DNA of 38,537 nt, from NCBI GenBank assembly GCA_016926735.1, contig JAFGOA010000145.1, positions 1 through 38,537 of the forward strand. Reading direction: 5' to 3'. This document shows, piece by piece, positions 18,132 through 27,634 of the stretch. The notes under the pieces are model-generated. The model did not search any database, was not told the DNA's origin, and saw nothing but the letters and a program-made list of their open reading frames with translations. A program made the translations under genes and the position numbers. This DNA is from Promethearchaeota archaeon (GTDB taxonomy: Archaea > Asgardarchaeota > Lokiarchaeia > Sigyniarchaeales > SOKP01). Each line of letters begins with the position of its first letter. Positions within the stretch are counted from its first letter, which is position 1.

Positions 18132-19268
18132 ATGGTAAAATATATTTATAAAGAGTATAAAACCGCCCTAAATAAATTACAATATCCAGACTCTTGGTTT
18201 TGGGCACGATATACTATAAATCCATATTCTGGATGTGCTCATGCATGTATTTACTGTGATGCTATAAGTCAGAGATATTATTTAGAGGATTTTGAAAATG
18301 AGATCATTATTAAAGAGAATATTTCAAAAAAACTCGAAAATACAATTAATCATAGTCGGACATTATTAACGGATGTTGTAGGTCCCGGAGGTGTATGTGA
18401 TGCTTATCAACCGATTGAGAAAAAAATAGAAAATACACGCGGAATTCTTAAAATTCTCCATAAATATAATTTTCCAGTAAATATAGCAACTAAAAATAGA
18501 TTGATTATAAGAGATATTGATATTTTAGATGATATTGCTAAAAAAACATGGGTTACAATTGGATTTTCTATAATTACCTTAGATCATGATATTGCAGGTA
18601 TTATAGAACCTTTTTCAACACCTCCAAAAGAACGTATTTCTGCAATTAGAGAAATCAAGCAAAAAGCTCCAAACATTCAAGTAGGTACATATTTTATACC
18701 AAATATTCCTTTTATCTCAGATAGCGATGAAAATATAGAAAATATTATAAAAGAAACAAAAACGGCAGGAGGAGATTTCATCTTATTTTCACCGAGTCTT
18801 ACAATGCGAGATAAGCAAAAAAAATTTTTTATAAATAAATTAAAAAATAGCAATTTAAAAACAAAAGTCCCACCACTTTTAAGACTATATGAAAATAAAG
18901 ATAATACTCTTTTTAACTATATAAAAGAAAAAAATATAATATTTTTAAAATCTAGCGAAAAATATAATCTTCCAATACGAATAAAAAGATGGATTCCCTC
19001 AGATTATCGTAAATGGAATTATAAAATTTCAGAATTATTATTAAACAAAGAGTATATGGAAAATTTAAAATATGGAAGGAACAATAAATCAATGATGTGG
19101 GCAGGATTATATTTGAATAACTTAAAAGAATCTATAATCGATATATATAAGAAAGGAGAACTAGGAAAGCTGAAGAATTTCACAAAATCAATTATTGATT
19201 TTGTAACACCATATTTAGAGAAAAGTAAGGATCTTACTAAAAAAAAAGGAATTGATCGATTTATATGA
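18132..19268 (+). CDS. Radical SAM protein, SplB/Rv2578c-like DNA-repair family
   Basis: TINPYSGCAHACIYCDA (CxxxCxxC), DAYQPIE, IATK, IEPFSTPPKERI. Confidence 0.88.
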   Translation: MVKYIYKEYKTALNKLQYPDSWFWARYTINPYSGCAHACIYCDAISQRYYLEDFENEIIIKENISKKLENTINHSRTLLTDVVGPGGVCDAYQPIEKKIENTRGILKILHKYNFPVNIATKNRLIIRDIDILDDIAKKTWVTIGFSIITLDHDIAGIIEPFSTPPKERISAIREIKQKAPNIQVGTYFIPNIPFISDSDENIENIIKETKTAGGDFILFSPSLTMRDKQKKFFINKLKNSNLKTKVPPLLRLYENKDNTLFNYIKEKNIIFLKSSEKYNLPIRIKRWIPSDYRKWNYKISELLLNKEYMENLKYGRNNKSMMWAGLYLNNLKESIIDIYKKGELGKLKNFTKSIIDFVTPYLEKSKDLTKKKGIDRFI

Positions 19269-20014
19269 TTAATAGTATCTTAATTGAAATAAAGAAGAGA
19301 ATCGAGGAAAGCATACCAAGTTTATCAAAGGAACAAAAAATTCGAATGTATAAAATTCTTAATTCACGTAATCCAAATTTTAAAGCATATGGAATAAAAA
19401 TGAATGTTAAGGAATTAATTGCAAAAGATGTTTATAAAGAATATTCATGTTCATATTTAGAAGGGATACAAATTTTTAAAGAATTAATTAAATCCAATAT
19501 TGAGGATGAACAATTTATAGGGATCTATTTTTTGAATAATTTTAAAAAACAATTCAATGAAGTTGTAATAAATATTATTCATGATGAATATTTGAAGAAT
19601 TGTAGTACTTGGTCTTTATGTGATAGCACCTGTATAAAAATAATAGGTCCATTCCTTGGGAAAAAAGAAAATGAAGAACTTGCATTAAAAATTATAAAAA
19701 AATGGTCTAGTTCAAAAAATCTTTGGATCAGAAGAGGATCAATAGTGATATTAATCAAGATTGTAATTCTTAAAAAAGATTTTTTTATATCAAAAGATTA
19801 TATTTTTGAATTAGTAGAAAAAATGTTAGATAGTGGGGATGAGGATTATATCCTAAAAGGCGTTGGTTGGCTGCTTAAAACATGCTCAAATTATAAACAA
19901 ACTATAATTATAGAATATTTAAAAGAGAATAAAAATTATTTACCTCAATTAGTTCTTAGATATGCTACTGAAAAAATGCCAAAAAATATTAGATCAGAGA
20001 TTTTATCAAAATAA
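19265..20014 (+). CDS. DNA alkylation repair protein (AlkD-like HEAT-repeat family)
   Basis: TWSLCDS, WSSSKNLWIRR, EDYILKGVGWLLK, LRYATEKM; ATGA overlap with the radical SAM gene. Confidence 0.88.
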   Translation: MINSILIEIKKRIEESIPSLSKEQKIRMYKILNSRNPNFKAYGIKMNVKELIAKDVYKEYSCSYLEGIQIFKELIKSNIEDEQFIGIYFLNNFKKQFNEVVINIIHDEYLKNCSTWSLCDSTCIKIIGPFLGKKENEELALKIIKKWSSSKNLWIRRGSIVILIKIVILKKDFFISKDYIFELVEKMLDSGDEDYILKGVGWLLKTCSNYKQTIIIEYLKENKNYLPQLVLRYATEKMPKNIRSEILSK

Positions 20015-20028
20015 ATAGCTTAATATAG

Positions 20029-20817
20029 CTATTTTATCGCACTAATAAAAACACGTGTCATTTCAACTTCTAATTTATTTTCATTATTGCATAAATATGT
20101 ATTACAAAATTCATTAACATATGGTTCTTTTAAATCATCAGGTAAAATATTTAAATACGGAACTAAGGGAGCTGCTTTACAGAATCCCTTTAATCCGGAT
20201 AAATCATTAAATTTATACTTAAATTTTAGGATTTCAACATTAATATTTTTAAACCCTATGTCATGTAATTTTGTTTTTATTTCTTTCTCAGATAAATGAC
20301 GCCAAGGAAAATCTAATTTATTTTTTATATATTTTTGATATTTTTGATTATTAGGAAAGTTTTTGATAAGATTAAGAAATAATGATTCTTGCCTTAAGGC
20401 AGTTTGTATCATTATTTTTCCATTTGGTTTAAGAGAATCATATATTAATTGGTATAATAATTCCTGATTCTTAATCCAATGAATTGCAGAATTAGAAAAT
20501 ACGGAATCAAATTTATTTTTAAAATTGAGGTTTATAGCATTCATGTTAATTATGTCGATATTTTTAATTCCTTGTTGTTTAATATTTTTTTTTGCTAGAT
20601 CAATCATATCTTTCGATATCTCAATTGCAGTTATTAGTCCATTTGGTATCTTTTTTGCTAATTCTATCGTTAATAATCCATTCCCACACCCAATCTCTAA
20701 TATTTGATCTGATTCTAATGGTTTTAAACGATCTATAGCCATAATTCCTAACTTAAATTGCCCAGAAGAATAGTTTTGATATAAATCTGCATCCCATTTA
20801 TAGTTTGAATCTGACAT
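20029..20817 (-). CDS. Class I SAM-dependent methyltransferase (trans-aconitate methyltransferase-like)
   Basis: WDADLY, ILEIGCGNG, FDSVFSNSAIHWI, LKPNG. Confidence 0.88.
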   Translation of the reverse strand: MSDSNYKWDADLYQNYSSGQFKLGIMAIDRLKPLESDQILEIGCGNGLLTIELAKKIPNGLITAIEISKDMIDLAKKNIKQQGIKNIDIINMNAINLNFKNKFDSVFSNSAIHWIKNQELLYQLIYDSLKPNGKIMIQTALRQESLFLNLIKNFPNNQKYQKYIKNKLDFPWRHLSEKEIKTKLHDIGFKNINVEILKFKYKFNDLSGLKGFCKAAPLVPYLNILPDDLKEPYVNEFCNTYLCNNENKLEVEMTRVFISAIK

Positions 20818-20912
20818 TTTTTGAATCTATATCAAGACAAAATTTTATTAATTTTTGGTATTAAATAAGATTCTTATTTTTATGAAAATGAAATATTGAT
20901 AATAAATTTTAA

Positions 20913-22199
20913 TTAAGAATGTTCGGATCTATATTCAAATTCTTCGGGTTCATCTTTTAGATCATCATAGAGATTGAAAAAATCATTAGATGTTGAAATT
21001 GGTGCTTTAGCTAGATCTTCAATAATTTCTTCATATTCTTCAGTATTTCCAAAAATATCCTTAAATTTATAATCCAATTGTTTTAAAAGAGTATATTTTG
21101 GAGATAAAATATATTTTTGATTTAATTCTTTATGAATTCTGTATGGGATGTTTGGAAAATGTTTTTTAATTAATTCTTGAGCAGATAGGTATTCTGTCAT
21201 GTCTATACATGATTTTTTCAATAATCGTTTAAATTTTTGTTCAAAATCTATTGTAAAATTAATAACCGATTCCTCTAATAATTTAGATTTTTTTGAAGCA
21301 GTTAACCCAACAGTAATATAATTTGATCTATTGAGAGTTAATATACCATTTTGTAAATTAATATCAAGAAGCCCTCCAATTTTCATAATTTCTTCACTCA
21401 TTATCTCAATCGCATTTATAAATCCACTGAACATATTTTCATTTATATTAGATAAACTCCAATTATGATCATAAAGGGGGTGTCCATTTTGGTCTTTTAT
21501 TATTAATCTATAAACGATAAATGGTAAAACATAAACCATTTTAGGATTTTTAATCAACACACATCCGACAACAATTAATGTTCCAAACATAGCAAGATTT
21601 TTAAATACAACTAAGAATGGAATTACATACAATAATATTGATAATGTGAAAAATAATATAAGTCCAAAAGTGATCCCAAAAAATAAAAATGCTGCTAACT
21701 TTTTTGTTTCTAAAGGAGCACTTACCCATGTTTTTAATCCCCAATAGAATATATAACAGCAAATAATTACTCTATGGACCATAATAGAAATTAAAAAAAG
21801 ATTTGTCCATCCAATTCTTTGATATTCTGCATATGTTATAATTTGAATAGATTCCGATTGAAAAGCTAAATATATATGAAATACACTCAGACTTGCAAGT
21901 AATAATAATCCAAATGATAGAATTGATTCTTTTATCAAATAATTTATCCAAAAAATTAGAAAATATACGAGGAGCATTAAAAGCACCCCACTCATTCTAG
22001 CAAATAGTTCATTTTCATATAAAATAGCAAAGCTATCAATGAACTTAAAAATACCAAAACTAAGGAAAAATAGATTTAAATAAGATAGAGATGTAATTCT
22101 CTTTTTTTTAGCAACTATGTGGAGTATTAATGATAATAAAATGGTACCTAGTGATAATAATATACCGATTGCAAATTCTATAATAATTAATGTATGCAT
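20913..22199 (-). CDS. 7-TM membrane protein fused to a cytoplasmic longin-like domain (paralog A)
   Basis: Seven hydrophobic segments in aa ~3-216, then YRLIIKDQNGHPLY...MFSGFINAIEIMSEEI...DINLQNGILTL...ITVGLTAS...FTIDFEQKF. Confidence 0.7.
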   Translation of the reverse strand: MHTLIIIEFAIGILLSLGTILLSLILHIVAKKKRITSLSYLNLFFLSFGIFKFIDSFAILYENELFARMSGVLLMLLVYFLIFWINYLIKESILSFGLLLLASLSVFHIYLAFQSESIQIITYAEYQRIGWTNLFLISIMVHRVIICCYIFYWGLKTWVSAPLETKKLAAFLFFGITFGLILFFTLSILLYVIPFLVVFKNLAMFGTLIVVGCVLIKNPKMVYVLPFIVYRLIIKDQNGHPLYDHNWSLSNINENMFSGFINAIEIMSEEIMKIGGLLDINLQNGILTLNRSNYITVGLTASKKSKLLEESVINFTIDFEQKFKRLLKKSCIDMTEYLSAQELIKKHFPNIPYRIHKELNQKYILSPKYTLLKQLDYKFKDIFGNTEEYEEIIEDLAKAPISTSNDFFNLYDDLKDEPEEFEYRSEHS

Positions 22200-22211
22200 T
22201 GTATTGTCCTC

Positions 22212-22970
22212 TTAATTTTTGCTCTTTTGACCATCATTCAATAATTTTTTATTATCTTTTATTATTCGTAATACTTTTTCATATAATTTTGGATTAATAT
22301 GAATCTCTTTAGTTGAAGTATCCTTTACTTTAAGAATATCATATTCAATTAGGCAATTAATTCTATAATTAATAGTACTTCTTGGTTCTTCTAATAATTT
22401 ATGTACATCAGGTTTACGAATTTTATCTTGATTTATAATGGTTATAATTATCTTATTATTTATCTCATTATTCATGAAAAAATATAATTTACCCAATTCT
22501 AAATCCATATTAATTGGAAGAAAAACTGTATAGTTTCCAATTTTCAATTTTTTAACATAATTAAATTTAATTAGCATTTGTAAATGCCATATGAGATGTC
22601 CACCACTACCTTGAGTACTGGAAAATATTTCCTTTCTTAAGAAATTAAAGGAAGCCCCCTTGTTTTTTAGTATAATGTTGTATAATTTTCTTCTATTATC
22701 ATTTAAGAGGATGGTTTTACGAGTATGTTTTGATCCATCAATTAAGATCTTTTTATTTATCAAATATTGAATTATATTAAATAATTCATTACTATTGATA
22801 TCTAATTGTTTAATTGATCTATTATAAAGAATTTTAATTTTCATAGGTTTATTTTCTCGAATTATCTGTTGTGCTATAGATATCACTTTTTGAACATTTT
22901 CATCTTCTAAAGTTAATAGGTCAGTAGAATTTTGAAGATCCGAATTTTTGTATATAATTTTATTATTCAC
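22212..22970 (-). CDS. Multi-winged-helix transcriptional regulator (ArsR-like tandem wHTH)
   Basis: LLNDNRRKLYNIILKNKGASFNFLRK...LIWHLQMLIKF and RSTINYRINCLIEYDIL. Start placed at GTG 22970, downstream of a GGAGG and overlapping the upstream stop (track start 23015). Confidence 0.75.
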   Translation of the reverse strand: MNNKIIYKNSDLQNSTDLLTLEDENVQKVISIAQQIIRENKPMKIKILYNRSIKQLDINSNELFNIIQYLINKKILIDGSKHTRKTILLNDNRRKLYNIILKNKGASFNFLRKEIFSSTQGSGGHLIWHLQMLIKFNYVKKLKIGNYTVFLPINMDLELGKLYFFMNNEINNKIIITIINQDKIRKPDVHKLLEEPRSTINYRINCLIEYDILKVKDTSTKEIHINPKLYEKVLRIIKDNKKLLNDGQKSKN

Positions 22971-24270
22971 TATATTTTCCTCCCTTTTTATAATTTTCTT
23001 CATCAATGGCATCAAGTTCTTCCTTCAGTTCATCATAAAGAATAAAAAAATCAGAAGACATAGATACAGGCGATTTTGCTAAGTCATTGATAATCACATC
23101 ATACTCAGTTTCATTTTTAAAGATATTCCTATATTTATTTTGTAATTGTTTAGGTATTTCACTATATTTAGATGTCAATGTAAAAATTAAGTTCTCATCT
23201 TCGAAAAAATCATAAGGTATATGTGGAAAATGTTTTTTAATTAATTTATAAGCAGAAGAATACTCCGTTATATCTATACATGATTTTTTCAGTAATCGTT
23301 TAAATTTTTGTTCAAAATCAATTGAAAATTCAACTAAATTTTTTTTTAATAATTTTGATACTTTAGAAGCAATTAAACCTACAGTAATATAATTTGTTCG
23401 AATTAATGTTAAAATCCCCTTTTGTAAATTTACTTCAATTAACCCTCCCATTTTCATCATTTCTTCACTCATAAATTCAATTGCATTAAGAAATCCTGTA
23501 AATATTTTTTCATTTATTTTTGAATTAGACCAGTCATGATTAAAAAGAAGATTTCCATAATTATTTCTTACTATTAAGCGATATACTTTAAATGGAAGAA
23601 TCATAAGAAGTGATGGATATTTTAAACAAATCCAGAAGAATATAATAATCGGAAATAATTGTCCAATACCAACAAAGATATTGAAAATTAGAAAATAATA
23701 AGATAAAATATAAAAAACCATTACAAAAAGTGGACCTACAATACTGGCGAGTAAGAGGAAGAGTGCCTCTTTTTTTAATCCTAAAGGAGAATTTTTGTAT
23801 ATTTTTAATCCCCAAATAAATTGATATATCGGAATAATTAAATGAAAAAAACTCGCAATTATTAAAAAAAGACCTGACCAAGATAATTTTTTATAATCAG
23901 AGATATAGCTAATTGAAATAACGTTAGGTTGAAAAGCTAAATATATTAATAAAATTCCAATAGATGATATAAAAATAATATAATATGATAAAATTTTTTC
24001 TCTTATTGTATAATTTAAAAATACAATTTGTGAAATACTTAAAAAAAATAAGGATACTGCATTAAAACGAGCTAATATTTCACTTTCAAAAAGGATTGCA
24101 AGATTTTCTGAAAGGATAAATAAAAAAAAGCAGATTGCTAATATTGTAATATAGGGTAATGATGGAATTCGAATTAAACTAACTCTTAATATAAAAATAA
24201 TTAGGACTATCGATACAACAAATAGAACAAAAAAATTATTTAATACTACTAATAAAAAAGCAATATTCAT
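22963..24270 (-). CDS. 7-TM membrane protein fused to a cytoplasmic longin-like domain (paralog B)
   Basis: Colinear with 20913..22199; shared LPFxVYRLI, INExxFxGFxNAIExMSEE, YITVGL, IDFEQKFKRLLKKSCID, LIKKHFP, DLAKxP. Confidence 0.7.
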   Translation of the reverse strand: MNIAFLLVVLNNFFVLFVVSIVLIIFILRVSLIRIPSLPYITILAICFFLFILSENLAILFESEILARFNAVSLFFLSISQIVFLNYTIREKILSYYIIFISSIGILLIYLAFQPNVISISYISDYKKLSWSGLFLIIASFFHLIIPIYQFIWGLKIYKNSPLGLKKEALFLLLASIVGPLFVMVFYILSYYFLIFNIFVGIGQLFPIIIFFWICLKYPSLLMILPFKVYRLIVRNNYGNLLFNHDWSNSKINEKIFTGFLNAIEFMSEEMMKMGGLIEVNLQKGILTLIRTNYITVGLIASKVSKLLKKNLVEFSIDFEQKFKRLLKKSCIDITEYSSAYKLIKKHFPHIPYDFFEDENLIFTLTSKYSEIPKQLQNKYRNIFKNETEYDVIINDLAKSPVSMSSDFFILYDELKEELDAIDEENYKKGGKYSE

Positions 24271-24560
24271 ATCTTTAAATAAATAATATCTATTATTTTA
24301 AATCTACTAGTTCATATTTATTCAATATAAGATCAAAATTATGATTGATTTATTTCTATCATCTTATATTTTTATTACTAAGAAGAACTTTTCTGAGATA
24401 TAATTTTGTATCAATTCTAAATTATGATTCTGAAATTATGTTAAATTTTTATGATTTTAATAATTAGACTAGTTTAATTATAATAAAGAAGCTATTTTAA
24501 AAAAAAACTGAAACTCTTTAGTTAATACCAGAAAATGATATCTATTTAAAAAATAAAAAT

Positions 24561-25052
24561 TTGATACTTATGATTGAGAATTTACCTGAAATAATAAAAA
24601 AATATATTGAAACAATTGGGATATTAAAAGAGACCTTAGATGAGCCAAAACTAGAGTTTGGTTATCGATTTCTCTATCCTAATGAAAAAGGAAGAACCTT
24701 TTTAGCAGTAAAACCAAAAATTAAAAATTGTGTTGAAATTCAAACCTTAACAAAATTATCTCCCCAACATGTTGATATACTTAATGCTTTTCCTCAAGAA
24801 AAACAAAGACAATTGTTCTATGATATTGGTGAATTTTTAATCAACAACAAAATTCACCATAATTTGAATTTAAAAGATAAATTGTATATTTTAATTGATA
24901 ATTTTTTTATTCTTGATGAAAAAGATATCCCAACTATTAATCAATTTAAAGATAGTATTAAAAATCTTTATTACATAACGCTTCAAACTATTAAAATCGT
25001 AATCACTTTTTGCCAAATTAAAGGAGACTCGTTAAAAATAGAATGGGATTAA
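24561..25052 (+). CDS. DUF2299-like hypothetical protein
   Basis: IIKKYIETIG...FGYRFLYP...AVKPK...LSPQH pattern recalled from this archaeal family; the true start may be the second Met. Confidence 0.55.
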   Translation: MILMIENLPEIIKKYIETIGILKETLDEPKLEFGYRFLYPNEKGRTFLAVKPKIKNCVEIQTLTKLSPQHVDILNAFPQEKQRQLFYDIGEFLINNKIHHNLNLKDKLYILIDNFFILDEKDIPTINQFKDSIKNLYYITLQTIKIVITFCQIKGDSLKIEWD

Positions 25053-25154
25053 ATAATTCATTATTTTTAATCTGAATTGATTTAATATATCTTCAAATGA
25101 GTTTTGGTAATTTCTATAATTATTATAACTAAATTGAGAGATATAACCTAAAAT

Positions 25155-25619
25155 TCAGAATTCATTAAAACATTTTGTACAAACTTTTTTCATTGCATAT
25201 ATTCTTCTTGGAATATAGCTAATAATTCTAGTTTTATCCTCGAATTCTTTTATTGCAAAACCCATAGCACCACATCTTGGACACTTTCTTTTATTTTGTC
25301 TCGCACCATTATCCTCAATATTAGAATATGCAGTTTGTTGAGGTACATAAGAGTTTGGATTATATGTTGTTGGGGGTTGATAAGATTGTTGTGAAGACAT
25401 GATTTTCGGAGCCCTAACTTGAGGCGGATTAAGCTTAGGAATAGTACTTGGACTATAGTTTTGTTTGAGTTGAGATCTTAATTGAGCATTTTCATGCTGT
25501 AATTGTTTAATTTTAGACTCAAGGTCTTGCATATAATTTCGATATTGTAAGAATAAATCTTGTAATTCCCTTAATTGTTGTTCATAATAAGATGACATAT
25601 TATCAGTATTTTGATACAC
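25155..25619 (-). CDS. Coiled-coil + P/Q/S-rich linker + C-terminal C4 zinc-ribbon protein
   Basis: YEQQLRELQ...LRSQLKQ coil; low-complexity linker; KCPRCG...VCTKC at the extreme C-terminus. Confidence 0.7.
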   Translation of the reverse strand: MYQNTDNMSSYYEQQLRELQDLFLQYRNYMQDLESKIKQLQHENAQLRSQLKQNYSPSTIPKLNPPQVRAPKIMSSQQSYQPPTTYNPNSYVPQQTAYSNIEDNGARQNKRKCPRCGAMGFAIKEFEDKTRIISYIPRRIYAMKKVCTKCFNEF

Positions 25620-25933
25620 AAATTGTCGCCAAATTGAATTTTTTTAAAGAGTTATTTAACTTTTTGGTTCATTCGTATTTAAATTTTATTCTTATTCTCT
25701 CATCAAGGACAAAAATAGTAAATTAATAGAGAAAAAAAAAGAGTTAATTATAGAGATATTTTTTCCATTTTGAAAACGATTGTTAAATTTTAAGTCATTT
25801 GAACATAGTATTTAATGGAATAAATACGACTATACAACTCCTATAATTATCACAATATAATTCGCTCATTTTTAATTATCTTAACACTATGTCTCTATTT
25901 TATTTGATTACTTGAATTTATTTTAATCTAAAA

Positions 25934-26272
25934 TTATTTTGTTCTATTCTTCAATTTTTTAAATGTATAGTTACCCAAAAAAATGGATATTGATTTTCTT
26001 AAATAAAAAAAACCTAAAAGATCTAAACTAAATGCTATGCTAATATAACTAATTGTAATTAAACAGAATCCATTTAGACATACAGATATGATAAATATTA
26101 TTTGAAAAAATATTCCAACTAAAGCAACTATGACCTCGAACTTTTGAAATTTTATTCTTTCTTTTCTTTTTTTTAAAATATTTTTATTTATATCCCTAAA
26201 ATTTATTCCACATTTTGGACAATGTTTCCAAAAAGGTTGAATTGGGTTTTTGCATTTAGGACAGTGGTACAT
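25934..26272 (-). CDS. Zinc-ribbon membrane protein
   Basis: CPKC-x10-CPKCG followed by two TM segments; GGAGGTG Shine-Dalgarno upstream. Confidence 0.7.
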   Translation of the reverse strand: MYHCPKCKNPIQPFWKHCPKCGINFRDINKNILKKRKERIKFQKFEVIVALVGIFFQIIFIISVCLNGFCLITISYISIAFSLDLLGFFYLRKSISIFLGNYTFKKLKNRTK

Positions 26273-26482
26273 TGTTTGGATTACACCTCCTTTTTCAGAT
26301 CATTTTTGATCTGATATATGAATATATACTTGTATATTTAAATCTTATGAAGAAAATATATTATGTGCTTAAACATGAAATAAACCAATTATATTATGAA
26401 TTTTAAATATATTTGATATCCTAATTATTTAAAATCGATAATTTTTAAATTTCATAAAATATGATATGTATGATTATAATCG

Positions 26483-27286
26483 ATGGTACAATTAAAAATC
26501 GGGTGTGCTGGATGGGAGTATAAAGATTGGAGAGGCTTTTTCTATCCAAAAAATCTTGAACCTTCTAAATATTTAGAATTCTATTCTAAATATTTTGATT
26601 TTACCGAAATTAATTCAACCTTTTATAATGTCCCTTCTCAGAAAATAATAATAGGATGGAAATCTAGAGTTCCACAAAATTTTCGATATAGTATAAAAGT
26701 ATGGAAAGCAATTACACATGAATCTCAAATAGATAATTTAGAAATTAATATTGATTATTTTTTTCCTAATTTTGCTCCACTATCAAAAATGATAAGTTGT
26801 TTTTTATTTCAATTTCCACCATGGTTTAAATATACAGAAAAAAATTTATCAATACTTAAAGAGATTTTATATCTATCACCAGAAAGATATAATTATGTTG
26901 TGGAATTAAGGGATAATTCTTGGTTTACAGAAGAAATTTTAAATGCACTTTTAGATATTAAAAAATTAAATTTAGTAACCTCATATTTAGAAGATATTAT
27001 TCCTATTTTCCCATCCTTTAGAGACTTTTATTATGTAAGACTAATAGGAGATAGAACAATAACAAAATTTAACCGTGTTCAACGGGATAAAACTTATGAA
27101 ATAGAGCAATTAGGGGAGAAAATTGAAAATTTAATTGTTAAAAATAATAGAATTAAAGAAATTTTTATAATTGTAAATAATCATTTTACTGGATTTTCTC
27201 CTGAAACAGTTAATAATCTCAAAGAAAAGTGGAGGATTCCCTATAATCCTTTTAATCTTCAAAAAAATATTCTTGACTTCTTATAG
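26483..27286 (+). CDS. DUF72/YecE (UPF0759) family protein
   Basis: IGCAGWEYKDWRGFFYP, EINSTFY, LFQFPP, VELR, YVRLIG, VNNHFTG; C-terminal QKNILDFL. Confidence 0.92.
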   Translation: MVQLKIGCAGWEYKDWRGFFYPKNLEPSKYLEFYSKYFDFTEINSTFYNVPSQKIIIGWKSRVPQNFRYSIKVWKAITHESQIDNLEINIDYFFPNFAPLSKMISCFLFQFPPWFKYTEKNLSILKEILYLSPERYNYVVELRDNSWFTEEILNALLDIKKLNLVTSYLEDIIPIFPSFRDFYYVRLIGDRTITKFNRVQRDKTYEIEQLGEKIENLIVKNNRIKEIFIIVNNHFTGFSPETVNNLKEKWRIPYNPFNLQKNILDFL

Positions 27287-27368
27287 GCTATTAGATTTAT
27301 TTATATAGTAAAAAAAGTGGACATAAAAATTAATACCTAATAGATATAATTTAAGATAATAAGTAGAG

Positions 27369-27566
27369 TTAGGAATCTATTAGATCATCATCATCAACAT
27401 CAATAAAATCAATAATTTCATTTTTATCATGGAATAAACAACATCCATCTGAAAAAATAAAATTCTCTTCATCAATTTCAGAAGAAGAATTCCGTTGAAG
27501 AATTTTAGATTTTTTATATTTATCCATCTTTAATATCTGATTAATTGGCATTAATAAAGGTTCCAA
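27369..27566 (-). CDS. Small hypothetical protein with DGCC motif and acidic tail
   Basis: 65 aa ORF co-oriented downstream of the SIR2-TPR gene; start uncertain. Confidence 0.4.
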   Translation of the reverse strand: MEPLLMPINQILKMDKYKKSKILQRNSSSEIDEENFIFSDGCCLFHDKNEIIDFIDVDDDDLIDS

Positions 27567-27634
27567 TTATATCATAAAAAAATTAAGTATGATATAAAAA
27601 AAATTAATAAAGATACAATATTTTTTGATTTTTT

